From Promethearchaeota archaeon (lineage in GTDB: Archaea; Asgardarchaeota; Lokiarchaeia; Sigyniarchaeales; SOKP01), in assembly GCA_019058445.1 (NCBI GenBank), contig JAHPZA010000003.1:64001-128000 (forward strand): 64,000 bases of DNA, read 5' to 3'. The first letter of the stretch is position 1. Each line of letters starts with the position of its first letter. The translations under genes were made by a program, and so were the position numbers. The notes under the pieces are model-generated. The model was not told the DNA's origin. It saw only the letters and a list, made by a program, of their open reading frames with translations, and did no database searches. This document shows, piece by piece, positions 48,994-58,434 of this stretch.

Positions 48994-49932
48994 TTGGAAT
49001 ATTTAAGAGATGAAAAAGCAGAAACCAGTAAAATATTGTTTTCGGGTCTTGACGATGCGGGGAAGACTAGCATTATCTTAGCACTTCAAAGAGAATTTGC
49101 TAAAATTGCTAATATTGAACCTACAAAAGGTGCCCAGAGAAGGATGTTCGAATTTTTAGGTAAAAATATAAGCGAATGGGATCTTGGTGGTCAACAAACC
49201 TATAGAATTGCGTATTTGAAGAATCCAACAAAATATTTCACAGAGACGGAAGTTTTAATTTACGTAATTGATATTAAAAATAAACAAAGAATTCAAGAAT
49301 GCTTAAGTTATCTCCAAGATGTCGTAAATGAGTTTAGAAAGCTCGAAATAGAACCCCCTATATTCATTTTATTTCATAAATATGACCCTGCTTTAAGCAG
49401 AAGTATCTATGAACAAATAGATAAAACGGTGTTATATTTAAAAAATAAAATCCTTAGTATTCCAAATTATAATCAATTTTACTTCCGAAATACTTCAATA
49501 TATAATTTATCGACTATTATTAGTGCTATGTCGGAAGCATTATTAGCATTATATCCGAAAACAGATTTAGTTCAAAAAACAATTTATGAATTTGGTATTA
49601 AATCTAAGGCAGATGGAATAGCAGTAATAGATTCTAATTCATTAATTATAGGCTGGTTTTATAGGAATGAAGGTATGAAAGATATATTACTCGCATCTGC
49701 CCCTTATTTCTTAAGTTTAAATACTAGCTTCGATTATACAGAAGGCATGGAAGGTAATAATGAAAATAAAATGGTTATTCAAAGACATGGAAAATATTTT
49801 CTCTTCAGAAAATTTTCCCTAAACGAAGACCTAGAGCCATTTTATTTATTAATTTCAAAAGATACTCCTGAAATTAATAAGGATGATTTTAATGCTTTGA
49901 TAAACATTTTAACAGAGATTTTATATAAATAG
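48994..49932 (+). CDS. Rag/Gtr-like small GTPase with C-terminal roadblock-like domain (tandem paralog)
   Basis: GLDDAGKT, PTKG, WDLGGQ, HKYD, TSIY...MSEALLALYP, GIAVIDSNSLIIG. Confidence 0.82.
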   Translation: MEYLRDEKAETSKILFSGLDDAGKTSIILALQREFAKIANIEPTKGAQRRMFEFLGKNISEWDLGGQQTYRIAYLKNPTKYFTETEVLIYVIDIKNKQRIQECLSYLQDVVNEFRKLEIEPPIFILFHKYDPALSRSIYEQIDKTVLYLKNKILSIPNYNQFYFRNTSIYNLSTIISAMSEALLALYPKTDLVQKTIYEFGIKSKADGIAVIDSNSLIIGWFYRNEGMKDILLASAPYFLSLNTSFDYTEGMEGNNENKMVIQRHGKYFLFRKFSLNEDLEPFYLLISKDTPEINKDDFNALINILTEILYK

Positions 49933-50026
49933 CTCATCGGTTTTCATTCATAATTCATTATAACTAGATTAATAAAATTGAATTTCTTTATTTATAGTAT
50001 TAAGAAAAGGAATAAATCAGAATACT

Positions 50027-51118
50027 ATGATAATTTGTAGCAACTGTGGTGCTATTAATAGTGATGAAAACAGTAGATTTTGCAGAAAGTGCGGTGCCTT
50101 ACTACCTGTGATTGCTAAGCCTTCGAAAATTCGAATACCAGCCCCAGGTTCAATAAGGCAAGAGCAAAAAATTGAGACTCCTGCTGTTAAAAATACTAGC
50201 GAGAATAAGGCTAAAATTAAGAATTCTACCCAGAATATTCCTTATGTAAATAGACAAGCGGGATTCTTTACCCCAAAATTAAAAAAACAAGAAAAACCGA
50301 CTCAATTAGAATTGCAAGAAATCCCACAACCTCCAACACAACAAACTACTCCTAAACAATCTGAGATTCCCCCTAAAATTATTAACACAGAGAATCTTAA
50401 AAGTGATTTAACTCAAATTCCTATTAAGACTTCGGAGCCTATTGAAACTGGAAGAAAAGAATTACTTCGGGAAATTGCTCCAAAACCTTTCGATGGAACA
50501 ATAATGCCCTCTAAAACTATATATGGACCTCCAAAAAAAGAGATAGAAAAAAGCTTTAGCAAAAAAACGAAACCAACTGAGAAAAAAACAGACGATTCAT
50601 TTTTAAAACAAAAGCAGTTAGAAATAGATATGACAGACGTTTTAGCTGTTCTCTCAAAAAAGTTATCTATTTCAAGGGAAGAAAACTCCAAACTAAAACC
50701 TTCCAAAACTCAAGAGGTGGAAAAGGAGATTGTCCCCGCAAGTATGAGTGAGATTTTAACCCAGCTTTTAAATTTAGATAAGTTTATTGAAGCATCCGCA
50801 CTAATAAAAGCAGATGGGACAATACTTGCTTCGGCATTATCGAATAGGATTTCTGACTCTTTATTTTTAACCATTGGTCAGAATCTTACTATGATTGGAA
50901 CTGACATTATAGGAGGCCTAAGTGCTGGAAAACTAAGATCAATATCTATACGAGGTACTGAAGGAGTCTTTGATCTAGCGCCTATCGATAAAAAAATTCC
51001 AGAGTTGTCCGATATGATCCTTATGATCTTCAGTCATCCCAGAGTGAAACCGGGTATTATATCTTTTGCAGTAAATTTGGTTAAGAAACAAATTAAAGAG
51101 TATCTTGGAATTAAATAA
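50027..51118 (+). CDS. Zinc-ribbon + Pro/Lys-rich linker + roadblock domain protein
   Basis: CSNCG...FCRKCG, low-complexity linker, IEASALIKADGTILASA...LRSISIRGTEG. Confidence 0.8.
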   Translation: MIICSNCGAINSDENSRFCRKCGALLPVIAKPSKIRIPAPGSIRQEQKIETPAVKNTSENKAKIKNSTQNIPYVNRQAGFFTPKLKKQEKPTQLELQEIPQPPTQQTTPKQSEIPPKIINTENLKSDLTQIPIKTSEPIETGRKELLREIAPKPFDGTIMPSKTIYGPPKKEIEKSFSKKTKPTEKKTDDSFLKQKQLEIDMTDVLAVLSKKLSISREENSKLKPSKTQEVEKEIVPASMSEILTQLLNLDKFIEASALIKADGTILASALSNRISDSLFLTIGQNLTMIGTDIIGGLSAGKLRSISIRGTEGVFDLAPIDKKIPELSDMILMIFSHPRVKPGIISFAVNLVKKQIKEYLGIK

Positions 51119-51195
51119 CATTTTTAACTATTAGTTTTAATTGAATTGTTTACTTTTTTTAATAATTAAAACCGATTATTATTATTGGATATAAT

Positions 51196-51870
51196 TTGAT
51201 ACATAAAAATGGACATAATATGAGTATTCCAGATTTTATAAAAAATGAAACTACCGGATTATATAAGCATGAAAAAAGCTTTGACTCAATTCTCGGAAAG
51301 GAAAGAATAACAATATTCGTTCCTGAAAGGTTCAAAGTAAATGATTCATACTGGAACCAGTTCATACCAGATAATAAACTTCGACCAGCCTCTATTACTA
51401 AGGGAGAAAGAGAATATAAATATGTGGGTAAGGAGATTATTCACATCTCTTATGATTTAGAACCTAAGATCGAACAACGCCCTGATATTAGGAAAGTGTC
51501 TACTTGTCCCCACCCTAATTGTGTTTATTGCCTTCAAATCAAGAAATTAAAAACCCATTTTGAAAATGGAATTTATAGAACGATTAATGTTGGAGATTAT
51601 TTCTCATTTTCCGCAAACGCTAATCTAATCCAAGCTACGCTTTGGGTTGAACAAGGTAAAGCTCAAATTCATGCTTACGAGGGAAATAGAGTGTTTATGA
51701 AATCAGAGATTATAGATAAACATAATCCCGCGAGTGTTTCTTCATTTGGAAGGAGAACTTTGAGAACAATAAAGATTTACTCAATTCCAGATGAATCTGA
51801 ATTAGAAACGGATAATTTTACTCGGCTATGGGTCCATCTTAATCGCTATAATATTGAAAGTTGGCCCTAA
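51196..51870 (+). CDS. Hypothetical protein
   Basis: 224-aa ORF containing CPHPNCVYC. The start may be ATG 51220. Confidence 0.6.
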   Translation: MIHKNGHNMSIPDFIKNETTGLYKHEKSFDSILGKERITIFVPERFKVNDSYWNQFIPDNKLRPASITKGEREYKYVGKEIIHISYDLEPKIEQRPDIRKVSTCPHPNCVYCLQIKKLKTHFENGIYRTINVGDYFSFSANANLIQATLWVEQGKAQIHAYEGNRVFMKSEIIDKHNPASVSSFGRRTLRTIKIYSIPDESELETDNFTRLWVHLNRYNIESWP

Positions 51871-51888
51871 AAACAGTTATGAAACGAT

Positions 51889-52689
51889 TCACATTAATTT
51901 CTTCTGAATATTTACACTTTTTATTTTTATAATTTTATAATATTGTAGATATTTATGTAGTTCTTGTAAAAAAGTATTAAAATAATAGATAGAAACAAGA
52001 GGAACTTGATTATCATTAAGTTTATTAAAATTATCCTCTAATGTGACCATTATCGGTATAAGATTAAACGGTAAATAGTTCTTTAGATTAGGGTTTATCC
52101 CTAAAAGGCTATGGATAAGCTTAGAAAAAGCGTCGGGATTTTTTTCTAAAGCAATGATTCTCTGGTATTGCAAATTTGCTGCCTTATTCATTGAACTATA
52201 GGTATCCTTACGTTTCCATTGTTTTGCATCAATTAATAAGATAATGTTGCGATTTAGGCCTATAACATCGATTTCATATCTTTTTTGAGATGTCTTGTAT
52301 TTAAAGTTAGATTTATCTGAAAATCTGAAATTATTCAATACCTTAAAATTATTTCTAGATAAAATTTTATTAATTAATAATTCAAATCCAGTAAAATCCA
52401 GAAGTTCCGCTACCGATTTTATATCTAAATTTAAGACTTTTATAGATTCCATAACAAACAGGATTTTATTTATTGAAATGTAATTAATTTTATAATTTCC
52501 TTTTTTCATTTCTATGAAATTGAAGTTTAGTAAAAACTCAGTAAGCTCATATTTATCCAAATTATTCAAAAAACTGATTTCGGAGATTTCAAACCACACT
52601 TCAGTAGCTTTTTTGTCTGTATCTTTTAAAATTGCATAAATTTCATAAAAGAATTGTTTAATCGATACAGTAGAATATAAATTAGCCAT
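51889..52689 (-). CDS. PD-(D/E)XK restriction-endonuclease-like (Mrr/NERD-type) protein
   Basis: FELLI..IL, YEIDVIG, LLIDAKQW. Confidence 0.7.
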   Translation of the reverse strand: MANLYSTVSIKQFFYEIYAILKDTDKKATEVWFEISEISFLNNLDKYELTEFLLNFNFIEMKKGNYKINYISINKILFVMESIKVLNLDIKSVAELLDFTGFELLINKILSRNNFKVLNNFRFSDKSNFKYKTSQKRYEIDVIGLNRNIILLIDAKQWKRKDTYSSMNKAANLQYQRIIALEKNPDAFSKLIHSLLGINPNLKNYLPFNLIPIMVTLEDNFNKLNDNQVPLVSIYYFNTFLQELHKYLQYYKIIKIKSVNIQKKLM

Positions 52690-52774
52690 ATTTAATTAGA
52701 GCTATCTTAAAACTTTAAAAAAAAAGAGAGTTCTAGAAAAGTAAAACAATAAGGTAGAATTAGGGTTATATCTC

Positions 52775-55051
52775 TTATCTACTCTTTTCGGCAAGATAGA
52801 CATCATAAAACCAATCCACTATGTATTGGAAGAAAAATCGTTCTCGAAGAACGTCATAGTGTGATTTTTGTCTTAAAGATGTCATTTTTGCGATATCCTC
52901 TGATTTCATTTCATTTTTCGAAATTAAATCCATCCGAGTCTTGAATTGATCTTCCATTTTAATTTCCCTAAGGATATTGTTCATCGCATTTGTAATATCA
53001 TCGATTAAGGTTTCAAATTCGATATTTATCTTAAGTATCTCATCTCGTTGAGTATCTTTAGAAAGAAATTCTTTTATTTTCCTTAAAATTCTATTTTTTT
53101 TATAATAATTAATAAGTTCATTCTGATCAAGAATTTCTAACAAATATTTTGTTATTTTATGAATAACATCAATATGTACTTTAAACTCTTTTAATTCTTT
53201 TTCCAATCTGACTAGAAATTGCTGTTTTAAAAATTGTTTATATTTCACAATTATAGCTTCATTCTCTTTAGCATCACTACAGATTTCAATTACTTCTCCT
53301 TTAGGTGTGGAATAAGTAAAACCATGTCCTTGGGGACCGAGCCCTCCCAACAAAACCATTGAGAGAGAATAAAACTTATAGTTATTTTTGGATAAGAACT
53401 TCTCAATATTTTTAAATATAACATCAGGTGCTACCAAGTGTTTTTTAACAATGGTGTAGGGATCTCGTTCATATTCGATATAAAAATATGCTTGATAATT
53501 ATATGAGATTGGAAATTCCATAAAATCATCCATCAATTTATCTTTATTTTTTAGATATTGCTTTCTAAACTCATTTATGAAACTTTTTACTGAGCTTAAA
53601 TATCGCACAGACAATCCATAGATGGAATATTGATTAAAGAAAATATTCTTAATATAAAACGCCAGTTGATCCCAATCTTGTATATATGATGATTGAGCTC
53701 CTATAAAGAATTGATATATTTGTTGAGGGATGATCTTTCTAATGAATAAAATAAAAGAATCAGATACTACTTCTCCAAATAAATCATGGAAGTTGCTCAT
53801 TAGGAGAGTATCTTTTTTAAGATTTTCAATAAGTTTTATATCATCTTCTTTTAAATTTCTCTCAAATAAGTTATAATCATTACAAAAACGAAGGATTTCA
53901 ATTTGTTTTCCTAAACTCGAAGTTTGATAACCTTCGCTTACTTCTCTTATACAATCTAAAATAAGGGTAGAAATTATTTCAAAACGATTCGGTATTTTTT
54001 TAACGTCAATAAAAATGTCAAAATCGATAGAAGAATCCAGCATAAGTCTAAAATTTTCAAACTTTTGTGCTCTGAGATTATGTCCAAGTCCTGTATAAAA
54101 ATTTTTCTCGATTTTTTTCTTGAATTTATTATTAGATGACAAATTTGTAATTTCAAAAAACTCATCATCTATTAGATTATCAATGGCGTATTTTATTTTA
54201 GAGATCTCCCCAGATTTTAGAGATTTGACGATTGACTCAACAATCATAAGATCGATGTCTTTAGGAATTTCACCATATTTTAAATTATAATATTTTTTAC
54301 CGATGAAAAAATCATAAAAATCTTGTCTATTTAATGATTCTTGTAAATTCTCAAGTAAAGCTGTTTGAAAATTACGCGGATCATTGGTAATTGCGTGATC
54401 TATGTCATTTTTCATTAGAATTTCATAAAGCATTACTAATGTATCCAGTGAGCCTTTATCTTTGAAAAAATCTAAGCAATCTGAAAATAGATAAAAGATA
54501 AAATCTTTATCCCTATTATTTTTAGGTTTTTCTTTGTTTAAATCTCTAATATTAAAATCTAACATCCATTTATTTAAATATATCAAAAATATAGGTAGAT
54601 ACTTAATATTTTGAAATACTTTTACGCTTCTTTGACAGTGTCGACAAAAATACACCGTTCTAGTTTCATCAAATGGACTATTAGTCTTATAAATATTAGG
54701 TGATTTGCAATTAAAGCATAATTTTTCAATAACTAATACATCTACAATGTCGTCAATGAATTTTTCAATAAAAATGTCGGTAATAGCAATTTCTTTTACT
54801 TTATTATCTTCTCGATAATGGTTTAAATATCTTAAAATAACCTTGAAAATATCTCCATATAATTCTAAGAGGTCGTAATCATTCGCAGCTTCGATTTTTT
54901 TCGTAAGTCTCTGAAATTCAGTGAGAAAATTCACATTATAACTGACTATTTCTTTAACAAGTTTTTCAAGGTCAATATCCTTTTTAGCAATTCCTTGCTT
55001 TATTTTTTGCTTTATTTCTTCAAAAAACTGATCAGCATCTGAATGTATCAT
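52775..55051 (-). CDS. Large hypothetical protein with zinc ribbon
   Basis: 758-aa ORF with CFNC...CRHC and a Gly-rich LGGLGPQGHGFTYSTP motif. Confidence 0.7.
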   Translation of the reverse strand: MIHSDADQFFEEIKQKIKQGIAKKDIDLEKLVKEIVSYNVNFLTEFQRLTKKIEAANDYDLLELYGDIFKVILRYLNHYREDNKVKEIAITDIFIEKFIDDIVDVLVIEKLCFNCKSPNIYKTNSPFDETRTVYFCRHCQRSVKVFQNIKYLPIFLIYLNKWMLDFNIRDLNKEKPKNNRDKDFIFYLFSDCLDFFKDKGSLDTLVMLYEILMKNDIDHAITNDPRNFQTALLENLQESLNRQDFYDFFIGKKYYNLKYGEIPKDIDLMIVESIVKSLKSGEISKIKYAIDNLIDDEFFEITNLSSNNKFKKKIEKNFYTGLGHNLRAQKFENFRLMLDSSIDFDIFIDVKKIPNRFEIISTLILDCIREVSEGYQTSSLGKQIEILRFCNDYNLFERNLKEDDIKLIENLKKDTLLMSNFHDLFGEVVSDSFILFIRKIIPQQIYQFFIGAQSSYIQDWDQLAFYIKNIFFNQYSIYGLSVRYLSSVKSFINEFRKQYLKNKDKLMDDFMEFPISYNYQAYFYIEYERDPYTIVKKHLVAPDVIFKNIEKFLSKNNYKFYSLSMVLLGGLGPQGHGFTYSTPKGEVIEICSDAKENEAIIVKYKQFLKQQFLVRLEKELKEFKVHIDVIHKITKYLLEILDQNELINYYKKNRILRKIKEFLSKDTQRDEILKINIEFETLIDDITNAMNNILREIKMEDQFKTRMDLISKNEMKSEDIAKMTSLRQKSHYDVLRERFFFQYIVDWFYDVYLAEKSR

Positions 55052-55144
55052 TTAATAAGAACTTTTAAATCAAAATGAGATAATAACCTTATTGTTATAT
55101 TAGATAATATTATTTATAAATAAATTTTAAGTAGGTGCGATTAA

Positions 55145-55732
55145 TTGAATATCCAACTTCTGAAACCTAAGTTTGAAGGTGAAATGAGTCTTGAAGAAAG
55201 CATCTTCAACCGTAAGAGTATCAGGAGCTTTAAAGATAAAGAAATTGAAATCGAAAAACTTTCCCAGTTATTATGGGCCGCCCAAGGTGAAAATCTCTCC
55301 AAAAGAACTGTCCCTTCGGCAGGGGCGATTTATCCCATAGAAATATATGTTTTTTTAAAGAAAAAAGGGCTTTATCATTATCACTATAAAAAAATGCTGT
55401 TAAAAAGGGAAATAGAGGAAAATCCTAATGAAAATATTCTTAGGCAATTAGCGCAGTATTGTTTAAGTCAAAATTTCATCTATGAAGCTCCTTTAAATCT
55501 CATTATATGTGTTAATTATCCAAAAATAACTCGAGGTTATGGAGAAAGAGGAAAAAGATATGCCCTAATTGAAGTAGGACATTGTGCTCAAAATGTGCAC
55601 TTAGAAGCTGTTGCTTTGGGATTAGGTTCGGTTCCTATAGGTGCTTTTCGTGATAGAAAAATATCGCAACTTTTAAGGCTCCCTGAGGATTTAGATCCGA
55701 TATATATAATTCCTATTGGGTATGAAAAATAA
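55145..55732 (+). CDS. SagB/ThcOx-type nitroreductase family protein
   Basis: RKSIRSF, LLWAAQG, RTVPSAGAIYP, EVGHCAQN, VPIGAF. Confidence 0.88.
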   Translation: MNIQLLKPKFEGEMSLEESIFNRKSIRSFKDKEIEIEKLSQLLWAAQGENLSKRTVPSAGAIYPIEIYVFLKKKGLYHYHYKKMLLKREIEENPNENILRQLAQYCLSQNFIYEAPLNLIICVNYPKITRGYGERGKRYALIEVGHCAQNVHLEAVALGLGSVPIGAFRDRKISQLLRLPEDLDPIYIIPIGYEK

Positions 55733-55767
55733 TTTGCTTGCGTGTAATTGTAAACAAATTCAATTAT

Positions 55768-56334
55768 TCATAGTTCAAGAGTCTTGTCTATAATTTTTCC
55801 AATTAGAATTTTATCAGTATAGATCCCGTCATTTAACAATCCAGTATATTTTTTCCTTCCTTCTACTGTATATTTCATTTTTTCAAGGTATAGAATTTCT
55901 GCACTTTTATTTCCATCATAATACTCTGCTTCGAGTTTTTTAATTCCCATCTCTTTCGCTATATTTTCAAGTAAAATCAATAATTTCACCCCTAATCCAT
56001 GATTTTGAAAATTGGGATGAATTGCAATTCCCCAAGTGCCAACATGTGATTCTTTTTCATTAAATGGATTTATCATTAAAGATGCGGATCCTATGATTTT
56101 TTTATCGTCTAAAGCTCCAATGAATATGGAAACTTTATCATTTGAAAGGATCTGATATAATTCTTTTTTATCTTTCTCTATATCCTCCTCATTAAAATCT
56201 TTAGCTAAGAATTTATTAACTTTCCTTAACCAGTTGTGTACAAATTCATAATTATTATTGTTTTCATAATCACTTTTAAATAAGCGCTTAATAATTACAA
56301 TTCGTCCGTCTTTTAATTTGAATTTTTCAATCAT
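55768..56334 (-). CDS. GNAT family N-acetyltransferase
   Basis: IAIHPNFQNHGLG, N..A..LY...Y..EG. Confidence 0.85.
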   Translation of the reverse strand: MIEKFKLKDGRIVIIKRLFKSDYENNNNYEFVHNWLRKVNKFLAKDFNEEDIEKDKKELYQILSNDKVSIFIGALDDKKIIGSASLMINPFNEKESHVGTWGIAIHPNFQNHGLGVKLLILLENIAKEMGIKKLEAEYYDGNKSAEILYLEKMKYTVEGRKKYTGLLNDGIYTDKILIGKIIDKTLEL

Positions 56335-56443
56335 TTTAAAAAATCATAATTTAAATGCTATTTCTGTAATATTACTTAATAGATTAACATCTAATTTAAT
56401 CTGTTAATAAAACTTTTTTTAAGTCATTTGGATTTTATAAAAT

Positions 56444-58258
56444 TTGGAGAATAAAATGGATTTGTTACCAAAAGTTTTTAGAACAGAAGGTGATTGGGTT
56501 GAGTTTGATCCGTCTAAGATTTTTGAGAGTATTTTAAAAGAAACCGGAATGACAGAGGAGAACGCAAAAACTATTACTGAGTTAGTAGTACGAAGAATTA
56601 TTAGTTCTGGAATAAAATTTCTTTCTGGACCTCATATTCGGGAAATTGTATGCTCCATCCTTTCAGAACAACATTTTGAGGAAGAAAGAAAATTATATAC
56701 TCGAATTGGAATGCCTTTGATGGATTATGAAGAAATTCTCGAAAAAGGCCCCAAAACTAAACGTGGAGAAGTAATTAATCCCGAAAAAATCCATCATTGG
56801 GCAGCAAATCAACTAGCAGAAGAATACACTCTCTTAAGAATTCTTAATGATGAAGAATCTAAGGCGCATTTATATGGAGATATCCATATTCATAAATTAA
56901 AATATTTTGATTTACGACCACTAAGTCAAACGTGGGATCCTCGTATGATTCTTAAAAATGGTTTACCTCCTGTGGAAAATTGGTCGCATTGCGGTAAATC
57001 TGGACCGGCAAAGGATTTGAGAAGTGCAATCCACCATTTGGTGAAATGGTTAGCAATGACTCAAGGAGAATTTAGTGGAGGACAAGGATTTAATTTTCTC
57101 AATACATTTCTTGCTCCATTTGCTCACGGTCTAAATGACCATGAAATAAAGTATAGCATCCAAGAATTAATTTATGAGATCAATCAACTTGTGGCTGTGA
57201 TTGGTCGTGACATTCCAATTACTTCAATATCATGTAGCCCTGGAATTTTAGATGCCCTATCAGAACTACCCGCAATAGGTCCATCTGGTAAAATCGTGGG
57301 TATATATAATGATTATAACGAAGAAAATAATAAACTATTTGAATTTATTACTGAAATTTTTAGTCAAGGTGATTATGAGGGAAATGACTTTAATTATCCC
57401 AAACATATTATCTACATTAAGAGTAATTGGTTAAATGAGTTTAAAAACTCTTATTCTAAAATCTGGGAAGACATTAAGTCTGGCAAAAATGTGTATATCG
57501 TCAATTTGTGCTCTAAATGGAGTATTGATGAAATTTATTCTCAATATTCTGGAGAAGAACTTCATAATTTAGGAACTCTTCAAAATATAAGTTTAAATTT
57601 ACCCAGGTATGCGTATATGAGCAATGAACAAGATAAATTTATTGAAATATTAAGAGATAAGGTAACAATGTGTACTCAAATATTTCAAAAAAAATATGAA
57701 ATCATCGAAAAACGATTAAAATCTAAGCACTTACCCTTGTGTAGTAGTTTTATTAAAGACCATGAACCATTATTTAAATTAGAAAACCAAAATTTAGCAT
57801 TTAACCTTGTCGGATTAAATGAAGCAGTTAAATTTTTGACTAATTACGAGCTTCATGAAAAAGAGGAGACATTTAATTTCGGAAAAAAGGTAATTCAAGA
57901 AATAAAAAGTCTCTGTGAGGAAATAGGGCAAAAAAATGGGAAAAAATATGTTTTACAAGAAAATCTTTCAAATAAAGTGTTATCTCGATTTAAAAGATTG
58001 GATTTAAAACACTTTCCAGAGAAAGCGAAACCGCTACTAAAGGGAGAAAGCGCACATTACACAAATTCAGTTCACTTTCGGAAAAATAGTAAAATTGATT
58101 TAGCCAAAAGAATAGGCGAACAAGGAGAATTTCATGAAATAATGAGAAATGGGCTTAACATTGAAGAATTTTCTTTACAAGAAGTCCAAAATATACTTGA
58201 AGTAACCCAAGTAATTTGTGAAAATTCAAACCTTGCATCTTTTAGATTTATTCCTTAA
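56444..58258 (+). CDS. ATP-cone + anaerobic ribonucleotide reductase (NrdD)-like protein, probably inactive
   Basis: ATP cone FDPSKI...IREIV, HLYGDIHIH, FSGGQG, ISLNLPRYA, VGLNEAV, YTNS. No MGCR loop and no C-terminal glycyl-radical loop. Confidence 0.75.
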   Translation: MENKMDLLPKVFRTEGDWVEFDPSKIFESILKETGMTEENAKTITELVVRRIISSGIKFLSGPHIREIVCSILSEQHFEEERKLYTRIGMPLMDYEEILEKGPKTKRGEVINPEKIHHWAANQLAEEYTLLRILNDEESKAHLYGDIHIHKLKYFDLRPLSQTWDPRMILKNGLPPVENWSHCGKSGPAKDLRSAIHHLVKWLAMTQGEFSGGQGFNFLNTFLAPFAHGLNDHEIKYSIQELIYEINQLVAVIGRDIPITSISCSPGILDALSELPAIGPSGKIVGIYNDYNEENNKLFEFITEIFSQGDYEGNDFNYPKHIIYIKSNWLNEFKNSYSKIWEDIKSGKNVYIVNLCSKWSIDEIYSQYSGEELHNLGTLQNISLNLPRYAYMSNEQDKFIEILRDKVTMCTQIFQKKYEIIEKRLKSKHLPLCSSFIKDHEPLFKLENQNLAFNLVGLNEAVKFLTNYELHEKEETFNFGKKVIQEIKSLCEEIGQKNGKKYVLQENLSNKVLSRFKRLDLKHFPEKAKPLLKGESAHYTNSVHFRKNSKIDLAKRIGEQGEFHEIMRNGLNIEEFSLQEVQNILEVTQVICENSNLASFRFIP

Positions 58259-58434
58259 GTACCTAATAATTTGTAGAAATGATTCTACTCTCAATAGGCA
58301 TAAGTCTTTAAATATAAATTAATATCTTTATACTAGAATAATATATATATTTATATTTTAACTGAAGATTTGCATTTAACTAAGTAAATAAATATTTGAT
58401 TTCAGAGCAAAAATGATTAGAAAATCAGTTTGAT

